Part shown: in pieces, positions 1 through 11,800 of the stretch
Position numbering within the stretch: position 1 is the stretch's first letter
Layout of the letters: each line of letters opens with the position of its first letter
Origin: Lama guanicoe
Taxonomy: Eukaryota
Direction of reading: 5' to 3'
DNA length: 64,000 nt
NCBI GenBank assembly: GCA_013239625.1
Contig: MU054645.1
Location: 192,403 to 256,402 of the forward strand
The notes under the pieces: generated by a model
Seen by the model: only the letters and a program-made list of their open reading frames with translations
Told to the model about the DNA's origin: nothing
Databases searched by the model: none
Position numbers and translations under genes: made by a program

Positions 1-226
1 TCTGCAGACCCCTGGTCTCCAGTCCCCTCGAGAAGCATCCTGTCCCACAGCCAGCCCTGGAACTTGCCCCCTATGCTCTCCTCCTCTGAGCCCTGGGGCT
101 GGACCCCTGTGCTTCCTGTTGGACCACCCACCACAGACTCCTGGGCACAGAACTCCCCCCACCACAAACCCCCCAACACTGGGGCCGACCCTTGGGGGGC
201 CTCAGTGGAGACCTCCAACACACCTG
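1..226 (+). CDS. EPN3: EPN3 coding exon (5'-truncated by window), DPW region
   Basis: Open frame 1; donor CCTG|gtaagt at 227. Confidence 0.93.
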
Positions 227-1413
227 GTAAGTGGAGGGCCCGAGGGCTGGAGGACTTCTGGGTTCCCTTCTCACGAATGCCAAGAGGCAGGAGATCCTGT
301 GTTGAGGGCTGCTTGCCTGGAAAGGGGTCAGTCCACTATCTGCCCTTTCTGCCAACCATCTCATCTCTCTTTTCTTCCTTGGCTAGTGGTAGGTGGTACC
401 TCGACCTTTGACCCATTTGCCAAACCTCCAGTACCCACAGAGACCAAGGAGGGGCTGGAGTGTGCCCAAGCCCTGCCCTCTGGGAAGCCCAGCAGTCCTG
501 TGGGTAAGCAAGAGGCTGGGCATGATGCAGCTCTGGGGAAAAAGGGGCCCAGTGAGAGCTGGCCTCTGCCTTCTTCCTCTCACAGAGTGACCACTCACTC
601 TCCCTACCAATAAACTCTATGATTTCTGTTCAAGAGCTGGACCTATTTGGAGACGCAATCCCCAGTTCCAAGCAAAATGGCACAAAGGAGCCAGATGCCT
701 TCGACCTGGGTGTGCTGGGGGAAGCACTAACCCAGCCCAGCAAGGACACCCGAGCATGCCGGACTCCTGAGTCCTTCCTGGGCCCCTCGGCCTCCTCCTT
801 GGTCAACCTTGACTCATTAGTCAAGGCGCCCCAGGTTGCAAAGACTCGGAACCCCTTCCTAACAGGTAGAAACCCCTATTCACCGTCTCTGCAGGGTCTT
901 AACACTGGAGTCCCCTGCTCTCTCTCTGTCTCTCCTTTCAAAGCCCTGCTCTTGCCCTGAAATCTTACTTTTCCTTATTTCTAAGACCCCAGATCTTGCC
1001 ACCCTTGTCCTCCTCCCCACTGAGGGCTAAGTCCCTGACTAGCTCCAAGTTCCCCAACCCACTCTCATTTCGCAGGTCTCAGCGCTCCATCCCCCACCAA
1101 CCCGTTCGGCGGGGGCGAGCAGGGCAGGCCGACCCTGAACCAGATGCGCACCGGGTCTCCAGCGCTGGGCCTGGCGGCCGGCGGGCCGGTCGGAGCGCCC
1201 TTCGGTTCCATGACCTACAGCGCCTCCTTGCCACTCCCGCTCAGCAGCGTGCCGGCCGGCGTGACTCTCCCCGCCTCGGTCAGCGTCTTCCCCCAAGCCC
1301 GCGCCTTCACGCCGCCGCCCCCAGGGAGCTTGCAGCAGCCGCTGCTGCCCACGTCCGGCTCCGCGGGGCCGCTCCAGCCGCCCCCGCAGGCCGGCACTAA
1401 TCCCTTTCTTTGA
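1..1413 (+). CDS. EPN3: Epsin-3, 3' part (last four coding exons: <1-226, 393-503, 635-865, 1076-1413)
   Basis: Spliced frame through GT-AG introns gives ...SADPWSP...GADPWGASVETSNTP/GGTSTFDPFAKP.../ELDLFGD...SLVNLDSLVK...RNPFLT/GLSAPSPTNPF...GTNPFL*. This has DPW motifs, clathrin-box-like LDLFG and LVNLD, and three NPF motifs, typical of the epsin C-terminus. Position upstream of SPATA20 fits EPN3. Confidence 0.96.
393..503 (+). CDS. EPN3: EPN3 coding exon
   Basis: Acceptor tag|GTGGT (alternative in-frame AG 6 nt upstream); donor GTGG|gtaagc; encodes GTSTFDPFAKPP. Confidence 0.9.
635..865 (+). CDS. EPN3: EPN3 coding exon
   Basis: ttcaag|AGCTG ... ACAG|gtagaa; ELDLFG...RNPFLT. Confidence 0.93.
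1076..1413 (+). CDS. EPN3: EPN3 last coding exon
   Basis: cgcag|GTCTC; ends TNPFL then TGA at 1411-1413. Confidence 0.95.
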
Positions 1414-1625
1414 GCACCGCCCGGCCCTGGGCCGGCCACCTGCGCCGACAGCACTGGGTCCCGCCCCCTGGGCGGGGCGGGGCCGCCACCCACCCCAGGA
1501 AAGCCCGGAACCACTGAGACTCCGCCCCGAGGCCGGCGCTGACTGTAGTCCTGACCTCCGCAGACCCTTTGCATCCCCGGGAGCTAGAGACCAAGGACTT
1601 CACTGGGGCCGAGACCACGCCCCGT

Positions 1626-1631
1626 AATAAA
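1626..1631 (+). terminator. EPN3 candidate polyadenylation signal AATAAA
   Basis: First AATAAA about 210 nt after the stop codon. Confidence 0.65.
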
Positions 1632-1889
1632 GACTGGAACCCAGCTCTCACCTCAGCTCTCACTAAGTGGACTTTTTGCCTGGCGTGTCAACCACGTTTG
1701 GACCACAGCGGGAATCATCGGCTATCGGCTGCCCTGGAAACAACTGCTCCGCAATGTGGGGCACAAAAATGCTCCTACTGCCCGTACAACCCCCTCAGCC
1801 TGGCCCTTTCGCTTCCATATGCTTCCCAGACTCTAATTCATTTGATCATTTCATTCATTTACCACACAGCAGCACGGAGATGATCCAAT

Positions 1890-2250
1890 AGCAAGGGAGT
1901 TGGGAGTCGTTCCATTGCGCACTCGTTGTGTGCTAAGCACATGGATTGTCATTTAATCCTTGCGTCAACATTCTGAAGTAGATAATATTACCCCCATTCA
2001 GGACTGGCTACATAATTTGTGGAGCCCATTGCAAAATGACAGTGTGGGGCCCTTGTTCAAAACTGGGTTAAGAATATCAAAATGGGGGCAGCAGAGCATT
2101 AGACCAAGTGCAAAGTCCTTGGCCCTGCTCTCACTTTATAGGTGAGGAAACTGAGGCTCAGGGAGGTTAAGCGGTATGCTCAAAGTCACAGAGGTAGCAC
2201 GGAGTGGGGCTGTGATCCAGATTGCCTGGCTCCACAGTCCTGAGCTCTCA
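1890..2250 (-). mobile_element. MIR SINE interrupted by a hAT MITE
   Basis: MIR core-like: tcatttaatcct...attacccccatt / ttataggtgaggaaactgaggctcagggaggttaag...aagtcacaga. Confidence 0.75.
1999..2127. mobile_element. MER45-like hAT-Tip100 non-autonomous DNA transposon
   Basis: caggactggctacataatttgtggagcccattgcaaaatga... ends ggccctg (TIR-like); degenerate 8-bp TSD cccccatt/ctctcact. Confidence 0.65.
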
Positions 2251-3469
2251 GGCTGAGCCCCAGATTTAATTCACAAATATTGACTGACTGCTGTGGATAA
2301 AGTGCTGGGCTTGTCTGGGAAGGATTCAAGAATGCTAAGCCCACAGCCTTCAGGAGCTCAGAACTCAGTGGCGCATGCAAGCAGGGTCCAGGAGCCCCAA
2401 GATCCTTTGTTTTAGAGTCACCTTAAATCAGGCTCTCACACCTATCCTCTCTTCACCAGGACTGGCAAGAAACTCAGTCTTAGTCATGACCCCTCCTGGG
2501 GGGCTTGTGTGGGGTCTGGGAAACAAAAGGAGGATTAGGGCCTGGTCCCTCATCCTGAGGACCACCATGGTCACCCTCACTCCTCTTCTACTCAGTGCTC
2601 TCCGACCACTGGACACGGATATGTCTTCAGTGCTCAGGGTCTGGCCCTACAGGTGGCCTGCTGCCAGCCCCCAACACTTTTGGAGGCACTGGGGGAAAAT
2701 GCCCTTCCATAGGCCAGAAACACCAAAGTTGGGGAAGGACACAATGCTGCTCTCCTTCTTAAGGTGGGGGTAGGGAAAGGAGCTGCTTTGTGTTTTTGGA
2801 GGGAGGCAGTCCTACTGGAGCTATTATAGGCATGGTGGACAAGAGCAGCTCCTTGGGAGTCTGACAGCATTTGAAACTGCTCTAAGGTTTGCACTTAATA
2901 ATAATAACAATCACTTAGTAATAAGTGGTTATGCTCCCTGACCTTGAGTAAATTACTTAACCTCTCCATGACTGTGCCTCTATTTCCTTACTTGTCAAAT
3001 GGGAATAAGCATTCCTTCCTTAGGAGGTTGCTATGTGGCTCCTCCCAGGCCTGTGTCCACCCTGTTTAGAGACTAACCATGAAGAATGAACCTGCCATAC
3101 CCCTAATTCATGGTTTTGCCAGGCAGTACCCCGAGTTCAACCCCCATCTGTCTTCTGCTGCACAAACCTGGGAGGTCTCCATCCTTCTTGATCACTGATC
3201 CATGCTTCATCCCTCCCCAACCTGGGTCTTCCTCTTCTAAACTGGCTTTCCTTGAGGACTCCCAAGGGATGCTGTTTTGATTCCCAATAAGAAGAGGTTG
3301 GTAGTCTTGCTCCCCACACCTACTTGTGGACCATTTTCCTCCTGGAAGACTACTTCCTCCTTGGAGGCTGGAGACACTGGGTGTCCTTCCTCCTTCTGCC
3401 TGGGGCTGTACTCCACCTCATTCTTGCCGGGCTTCGGCCTTGGCTCATACATACTCTTCTCACCCAGAT

Positions 3470-5015
3470 CTTGCTCAATCTTGTGTGACTCCATTACCCA
3501 AGGGGGTGGCCTCGCCACTCCCTGACCTCTCAGCTGCTCTGACCCACGGTCACACTTTGGAGCTTGTCATCATCCCAGATTCGCCCACATTTAAGGCAGG
3601 TTTCTTGTTCTCTTATTGTAACCTCATTCCTTCCAGGGAGCACACATACCAGACCCTCTGGACCCAAGCCTTCTGTCACCGCACTCTCCCATCTTCTCAG
3701 AGATCTCCTTTCTCCTCCATATCATCAAATGCCTTCTCTCAACCAAATCCTTCCCCTTGATATTTGTCATAATTAGTCTTATACATCTTGAAAGTATCTT
3801 TGCATCTTTCCCCTCACATCAAGTGCCCATCCTATCTCTCTATGTCCCTTTATCTCCCGTCCCTCCTCAACTCACTCCAGTCAACTTCTACCATCAGCCT
3901 CACCTCCTGGAACATGTCTGACAAGTCCATCAATGGCCTTTAAGTTGCTGAAGCCAGGAGACCTTTTCTGTCCCAACCCAGTTGGCCTCTCTAGAGTCTG
4001 ATCCTTCCTCCTTGTAACTCTCTGTCCCTTTGCCTCTGGGACAACACCCTCTCCTGGGTTTCCCTTGACCCCCTGTGGCTTTCACAGGTGCACTTCTGAG
4101 TCTCCCACCAGACCCTTCTCAGTAGTCCAGAACCCTGTTATCCCCACAGATATGTCTCAAGGACATCTCAAACCAACACGTCCAAAAAAGGACCCCATGA
4201 TCCCCAACCGGAGCCTCCCCTGGTGCCCGCTCCTCAGCAGATGGCTCCATCATCCAGCACCAGCCCTACTCTGCAAATCACTCCTGACACCTCCCTCTCC
4301 CTCACAGCCAATTCTGATGATGTTTTCTCCTCTATTGACCACCTTTTGCCTACCCCCCTCTCTCTATCCCCACCTCTGCCTGTGCAGACCACCCAGAGAT
4401 CTCTCCTGGGTCCTGCTATGGCCTCCCACCCCTTCTGCTTCCACTCGGTGCCTCTTTCCAGTCCATTCTTCATCAGGAAGCTGGAGGGACCTTTCCAAAA
4501 TGCAGGGTCACTCCCCTGATTAAGGCCTTTCCACAGCTTTCTTTTGCTCTCATCAGTAACCAAACTCGTGCTCACAGCCCAAGTCCTGGCCCTGCCCTCC
4601 TCCTCAACCTCACAACCTCACCTACTACCTCTCTTCCCTGTGCTGTCCTGCAGCCATGCTGGTTTCTGCAGTTCCTCAGCTCTGACTCACTGCTGTGCCA
4701 TAGGGCCTTTGCACATCTCTTCCTCCTGCTTCCCCAGCACTTCCCTCTTGCCCTCTTTAGATTCCTTCCTCTTATTTTTCCAAGGATGCTACACAAATGT
4801 GATTTCTTCAGGGAAGCTTCCCTGCTCGTCTCTCCCACCAGGCCAAGTTCCTTGTGACAGCTAATCATGACACTTCTCACCGTGCGTGGTTTGTACATTT
4901 ATTTGTATGGCTGTCAGATTCGCTTCTGCCTCCCTCATCAGACTAAGCAACACAAGGGCAGGAACCTGGTTTCTCTCTGCCCACTGTTGTACCTCAATAT
5001 ATATTGACTGAATGT
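3470..5015 (+). mobile_element. L2 LINE 3' fragment(s), degraded
   Basis: Pyrimidine-rich L2-like tracts (ggacatctcaaaccaacacgtccaaa; agggcctttgcaca; tcttcagggaagcttccctg) and an L2-like tail ctcaatatatattgactgaatg. Confidence 0.65.
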
Positions 5016-5199
5016 AGCAAATGAGACATGTGTGTAAAGTATCTGAAAGGACATAAAGTTGGCACATCGTTATTATTCAGGGAAGGCTTCCTGGAGGTGG
5101 TGGGATTTGAGCAGGACCTTGAGCTGGGAGGCAGCACAAAAACGAAGCTCAGCAGCTTGGAGGGCCTGGACAAGCCACGCCTTGTCCTCCCACCTCATT

Positions 5200-5800
5200 G
5201 CTCATTCGTAAAGCCGGGCAAAATAACCAGAGGCTCCGGCTTTCCTCGGCCCTGGCATCCCCACCGCTCTCCGTGTTCTCCTCGGGAGGGTTATCTCCCC
5301 GCAGGAAGCTGATCTTGGTCCTGCCGAGTCGGCCCAGCTTTGTGCACAGATTCTCGTCCTCCCAGGCCCTGGCTGCTCGATCTGCAATCCCGCGCTCGGC
5401 CGCCGAGCGCCGCTCGGAGACCAGCCACACGGCCCGGAGTCGCAGAGAAGACGCGCCGGTGGTTGGGTGGGTGCCCAGGCCCGCCCCTCGCAGCCTCTCT
5501 CCCGCCCTCCCTTCCTGTCCGCGGCGTCCCGGCCCGCGGCCGCCAGCAGCCATGCTGGGCGCGCGGGCCTGGCGGTTCCGCGGTCTCCTGCTGCCCCGCG
5601 CCGGGCCCGGCCTCGCCGCGAGCTGCAGGTACAGGCGGGCGAGTGGGCCGCTGCGGCGCGCCCTGCGCCTGCGGGGCTCCGGAGCCAGTTGTCCTGGCGC
5701 CGGCCCCCAGTGCCTGCCCAGCCACCCCCCCATCCCTGCCTCCCACAACCCACAGCCCCAAGTCCGCGCCCGCGACCTGGCCCAGGCAGTAACGCCCTTC
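5200..5800. promoter_or_regulatory. SPATA20 CpG-island promoter
   Basis: Dense CpG and GC boxes (cccgccc) around the ATG at 5552. Confidence 0.8.
5552..5628 (+). CDS. SPATA20: SPATA20 first coding exon 1a ([26 protein letters not shown])
   Basis: gccATG in CpG island; donor GCAG|gtacag. Confidence 0.88.
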
Positions 5801-8800
5801 TCCACCTCTCCCCACCAGCTGCAGGGCTAGCTTGCCTAGGGACTCTGTTCTGACACCGCCTTCAGGAAGCCTTATATGAACCCCAAAGCTGGGCTGAGGG
5901 TCCTTGTCCAATAGCACCCTGGGCTGGCCTGTCACAGTCATTGCTGCAGGGGCCTGTCAGTATTTAGGTCTGCCCCACAGTGCCACCCCCACAGGATGAG
6001 CGCCCTGAGATCAGGGCCAGTTTCTGATTCTTCGGGAGTCATGGGGGTCTGGCACAGGACCTGGCCCCGTAGAGGTGCTCAGTGGGTGGATGTTGATAGA
6101 GGGAGCCCCAGGTGTCAATTTTCCTCCCGTTGTGCCTCACCTGGTCCAGTCCCAGACCCAGGAGCGGGCAGCCTGCCTGCCCAGATCACATCCAGACATG
6201 ACAGAGACTCCTCCAGCACAGCCACCATGGGGTGGGGCCTGTTAAGGGGAGAGAATGGAGCCTGAAGGACCATTCCACCCATTGTGACTCACCCTGACCT
6301 CACAGTCATCATCCTTCCCACCGCCAGGTCTGAAAAGTTGGGGGAGACTAACCTGTCAGGGAGCCCCCAATGAGCCACCTTTCTTCACCCCCCCAAAAAC
6401 ACAAGGGGGAGCATAAAGTCCACGGTCTCCCCCGTGGTTCAGAAAGGTAGGTTGGACTGGGAGCAGGGGGTTCCAGGAGGGGTGTCAGAGGGAAGGATGG
6501 GGTCAGGTAGGCCTCTGGGGTAGGCACAGCGGGAGCTTGTAGAAACTCCTCACCTGACCCCCTGCCCATGCCAGGGGGAGCTCCTCCCGGGACAAAGACC
6601 GACGTGTGACAGTCGGTAGTTCAGTGCCCATGCCTGCTGGAGGGAAGGCAAGCCAGACTAACTGCTCTCAGTCCACACCTCAGAAGGTCCCCAACCGCCT
6701 GATCAATGAGAAGTCACCGTACCTCCTGCAACATGCCTACAACCCTGTGGACTGGTAAGTATCTCTTTTGCTTCCCTCCTGGGATGGGGGCAGCTGGACT
6801 CACAACACCGTCCCATCTCCTGGGGCTAGTGAATGATGCCCCACCCTGCCGGGCCTAGGTACCCCTGGGGACAGGAAGCCTTCGACAAGGCCAGGAAAGA
6901 AAACAAGCCAATTTTCCTTTCAGGTAAATGCACCCGCCTTCCCTGGGATGGGTGGAGGGGAGTGGTGGTGGTGGAGAGAAGGGTCTCTGGGCCTGGGGAC
7001 CTCCCAGGAAACTAGCGCGAGGGCCTCTTCAGTCCAGCTGGGGCCCCTTGGCTGGTCCCGCTCTGACCAGTCATGGGCACCCCCGGCCCCCCGGCCCCAT
7101 TCCAGTGGGGTACTCCACCTGCCACTGGTGCCACATGATGGAGGAGGAGTCCTTCCAGAACGAGGAGATTGGCCGCCTGCTCAGTGAGGACTTCGTCAGC
7201 GTAAAGGTGGACCGGGAGGAGCGGCCGGATGTGGACAAGGTGTATATGACCTTTGTGCAGGTGAGGGGTTGTCCCTTGGTGGGGGCGTTGCCCATGCACA
7301 TAGGGCCTCTCGCCTCACCCTTGCCCTCTCTCTGCCAGGCCACCAGCAGTGGTGGGGGCTGGCCCATGAGTGTGTGGCTGACTCCCAATCTACAGCCCTT
7401 TGTGGGGGGCACCTATTTCCCCCCTGAGGATGGCTTGACCCGAGTTGGCTTTCGCACGGTGTTGATCAGGATACGGGACCAGGTGGGTGTTCGCTGGGGG
7501 GTGGTGGGGGATGGGAGTCAAGGGTAGGGGAGCAAGGGACCCCTACCCTGTGCTGACCCTCAGGTCTGCTCTGCCTTCCGCAGTGGAAGCAGAACAAGAG
7601 TACCCTGCTAGAAAACAGCCAGCGTGTCACCACAGCTCTGCTGGCCCGGTCGGAGATCAGCATGGGGGACCGCCAGCTGCCACCCTCTGCTGCCACCATG
7701 AATAGCCGCTGCTTCCAGCAGCTGGACGAGGGCTATGATGAGGAGTATGGCGGCTTCGCTGAGGCCCCCAAGTTTCCCACGCCGGGTCAGCATCCCCTGT
7801 GCACGCCCACTCCAGCCCCAGCCTGGCCCTCTGAGTGACGAGGCCTGTCCTAGGCGGTGATCTCCTGATGCCTGACCTGGGCATTAACCTCCCACTCTCC
7901 TGTCTGGCCGGTGATCTCATGACCGCCAGCCTGTCGGTCAGTCTGGCAGTAGCTATCTAGTGAAGACCTGACTTGTGGTCTCAGCAGGGACCCTCTGACA
8001 CTGACGTAGACAACAATCATCCATCTCCTGGGTTGACCTTGAGACTATCCAGAGAGACTGCTGTTGAGTGAACTCCTAACCCCAGCCTGGCCAAGGGCCC
8101 AAACACCTTGCTCTTGCCCTGGCCTCCCTGCCCTCTGATCTGCACGCTCTTGGTGCCCGCAGTGATTCTCAGCTTCCTGTTCTCCTACTGGCTCAGCCAT
8201 CGGCTCACCCAGGATGGCTCTCGGGCCCAGCAGATGGCCTTGCACACCCTGAAGATGATGGCCAATGGGGGCATCCGAGACCACGTGGGGCAGGTGAGGG
8301 GTGTTTGGTATTCCCTAGAGAGGGCAGCGGGAGGCTGCGGGGTGGGGCAGTGGGTGGGGGCAGCGCCTGGGATCGGTCTCCAGCCCTGTGTCCTGCCTGG
8401 CACAGGGCTTCCACCGCTACTCCACGGACCGCCAGTGGCACGTCCCTCACTTTGAGAAGATGCTGTATGACCAGGCGCAGCTCACTGTGGCCTATTCACA
8501 GGCCTATCAGGTGACCCCTGACGCCAGCCCAGAGCAGAGACACAGCCTGTCCACCTTTCCCCTGCTGCCCCTTTCAGGGCCTTCCTGGTGACTTGCGGCT
8601 GCCCCTTAACCTCACCTCTAATTCTCTCTCACATATCCACTACCCAGGCTCCCTCCCTACCCTCCTGGGAGAACACTGACTGCCTCCCCCAACACTCCCA
8701 TACCGGGGTCACCCCAGGGACCTCAGTTTACAGCCTCTTTCCTCCCCACTCAGATCTCTGGGGATGAGTTCTACTCTGATGTTGCCAAAGGCATTCTGCA

Positions 8801-11800
8801 GTACGTGATGCGGAACCTGAGTCACCGGGTGTGTGTCCACTGAGGCAGGCGGGCTTGGCTGCGGGAGGGCTCAGGGCCTCCGCTGCCCCGAAGGGTGAGG
8901 CCGGCCAACTCTCCCCTCCCCACAGTCTGGAGGCTTCTGTAGTGCTGAGGACGCGGACTCGCCCCCCGAGCGGGGCATGAGGCCCAAAGAGGGCGCCTTC
9001 TACGTGTGGACGGTCAAAGAGGTCCAGCAGCTCCTTCCTGAGCCCGTGCCGGGCGCTACGGAGCCGCTGACCTCGGGCCAGCTGCTCACGAAGCACTATG
9101 GGCTTACGGAAGCCGGCAACATCAGCCCCAGCCAGGTGAGGACTACTGGGGGTGCAGGGGGGAACCTGAAGCTGGACGGGCAAGTGGACTCCTTCGGACA
9201 AGGGCTGTTTTCCTTCAGGACCCCAAGGGGGAGCTGCAGGGCCAGAATGTGCTGACCGTCCGGTATTCTCTGGAGCTGACTGCTGCCCGCTTTGGCCTGG
9301 ACGTGGAGGCCGTGCGGACTTTACTCAATGCAGGCCTCGAGAAGCTCTTCCAGGCCCGGAAACATCGGCCAAAGCCGCACCTGGACAGCAAGATGCTGGC
9401 CGCCTGGAACGGTGGGGTGGCTGAGGCTCAAGCCTGACCCGCTTCTAGAATTACCCTTCATGACGCCCCTTCTGGGTGACAAGCACCTGCTAAATATTAA
9501 CTCTTTCTTTGTCAGGTTGATTGCCCTCAATTTACAAATGAACAAACTGAGCCTTAGAAAGTTAAAATAATCCACCCAAGGTCAAATGCAGGGGCCAGGA
9601 ACCCAGCCCTGCCTGGTGCTGGAGCTCAAAACAAATTTACTCACTTACCCTGTTGCTCCAGGGAGGAATCAGGACATGATGGGCTGCGGTGGACACACCT
9701 GGAGGGCCCCGGCCAGCGTCGCATGACCACCGGTGTCTCCTTCCTTCAGGACTAATGGTGTCTGGCTATGCCGTGACCGGGGCTGTCCTGGGCCAGGAGA
9801 GGCTGATTAACTATGCCATCAATGGTGCCAAGTTCCTAAAGCGGCACATGTTTGACGTGGCCAGCGGCCGGCTGATGAGAACCTGCTATGCAGGGTCCGG
9901 GGGGACCGTGGAACACAGGTAGGGGCCGGGCAGTCCGGGAACGCTTGCCTCCCTGGGCACCCCATGCCTGTCTCCACCCCGCTCCTCCCCTCAGGGTGAG
10001 CCCTCTTCCTGACTGCTGTCTGCCTGCTGTGAGCTGTCAGCTTCCCTGGGCCCTTTTGCTCCTCTGGGAAGTGGGCTAAGGGGACCTGCCCGAAAGGTAG
10101 ACTTTAAGGGATAAATGAAAGTATGCGGGAAAAGGGCCTCCTCTGTGAAAGCCCTTCTGTCCCTGGCTTGCCCCTCCCCAATGTCTGTCCCTCCAGCAAC
10201 CCGCCATGCTGGGGCTTCCTGGAGGACTACGCCTTTGTGGTTCGGGGCCTGCTGGACTTGTACGAGGCCTCCCAGGAGAGCGCGTGGCTCGAGTGGGCTT
10301 TGCGGCTGCAGGACACACAGGACAGGCTCTTCTGGGACTCCCGGGGTGGCGGCTACTTCTGCAGTGAGGCCGAGCTGGGGGCTGGCCTGCCCCTGCGTCT
10401 CAAGGATGGTCAGTGAGGATGTGGAGCTGGCCTGGGGTCCTGGACCCAAGTGGGGCTTGGTTTTCCCTGGGAGAGGTGTAAGCACAGGGTGGTGGTGAAG
10501 AGCCGGTGTGGGCAGGGCCAGGCCCACCTGGGTTCATATCTCCCGGGTGACCTCGGGCTGGTCTCGTTATATTTCAGAGCCTCAGTTTCTCAACATGCAA
10601 AATGGAGCTAACGTCGGCATTCCCTTATAAGGTTGTTGTAAAGATTAACTTAGGTGTTAGTAGCAGTAACTGCCTTGCCTAAACTCATATATTGAACAAG
10701 GCCAACTTAATCCTTACCCCTATAAAGCTTACTGTGTAGTAGAGGACACAGCTAACAGACAGATTTAAAGCAAAAATGCACACATAAACAGGCAGTTAAA
10801 ATTGTGAGTACCGCAAGAAGTAGGGGCTGCCCTCCGTGCTTGCTGTCCCTGACTTTTCTCTTAGCATCACCTGATGCATCTGGTCCATTGATGGTCTCTC
10901 CCCTCACTCAAATGTTCCCAGGGTTTAGCACAGGCCTGGTACATAACTGGGTGTTCAATAAATGTTAGCTGAATGACTGAAAGGGCCCTCAGAGAGTAAC
11001 AGTGGAGCCAACTCAGCGAGGGGAGTCAGATTAAACCTGTGACAGGTGTCATTTAACCAAGGGCTGGGGGCCATATAGGCCGTGTGGTTATGGAGGAGCA
11101 GGAGAGGGATTTCAGGTGGAGGGAACTGCTGGTGGGGGGCTCTGAAAGGGCAGCCTGCACCTTGGAGAATGGTGGAGGAGCAGAGGCCATCGTGTGAGAA
11201 GAGGAGGGTACCAAGGTGGGTGGGTCTGGACCCCTGCCGGGTCTTGTAGGTGTGGCAAGGAATGGAAGGGGCTGATGGATTTTAAGTGGGTTGTGATCTT
11301 CTCTGGTTTAGGTCTAAGAATGTCACTCTGACTAATGGTGGAGAAGGGATGGGGGCAGGGGAAACAGGGTGGCCAGTTAGGAGGCTGTTAGTGGTTTTCA
11401 GTCCAGGCAAGCGTTGGTGAAGGCCCAGGTGAGGTGGATGTACTAGATGGGAGAAGTGGTCAGATTGGGTCTGTTCTGGACAAGGACCTGGCAGACTTGT
11501 GGGTGGATTGGAAATGAGAGGTGAGGGAGAGGGAGGGAGGGGTAGCTGGGTGGCTGGATGGAGAAATCAGCAGTGAGATGGGAAGCCTGGGGCCCAACAG
11601 CTCAGCGTGGGACAGGTGGAGTTGAGGATGCGTGTGAGAGCGCAAAGGGTCAGTATCTGCTGGTGCTGGTGTTACGCTGTCAGACCTGGGGAGGATTCCT
11701 GGGACTCAGTGACCCACCCTCTCAGCCGTCGCCCCTGTGCCCTGCAGACCAGGATGGCGCAGAGCCTAGTGCTAACTCTGTGTCAGCCCACAACCTGCTT

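Noticed and set aside
5149-5941. Several overlapping 150-220 aa ORFs on both strands at the SPATA20 promoter
   Set aside because: Stop-codon depletion in a CpG island; low-complexity R/G/P/A translations; only 5552-5628 fits the gene model.
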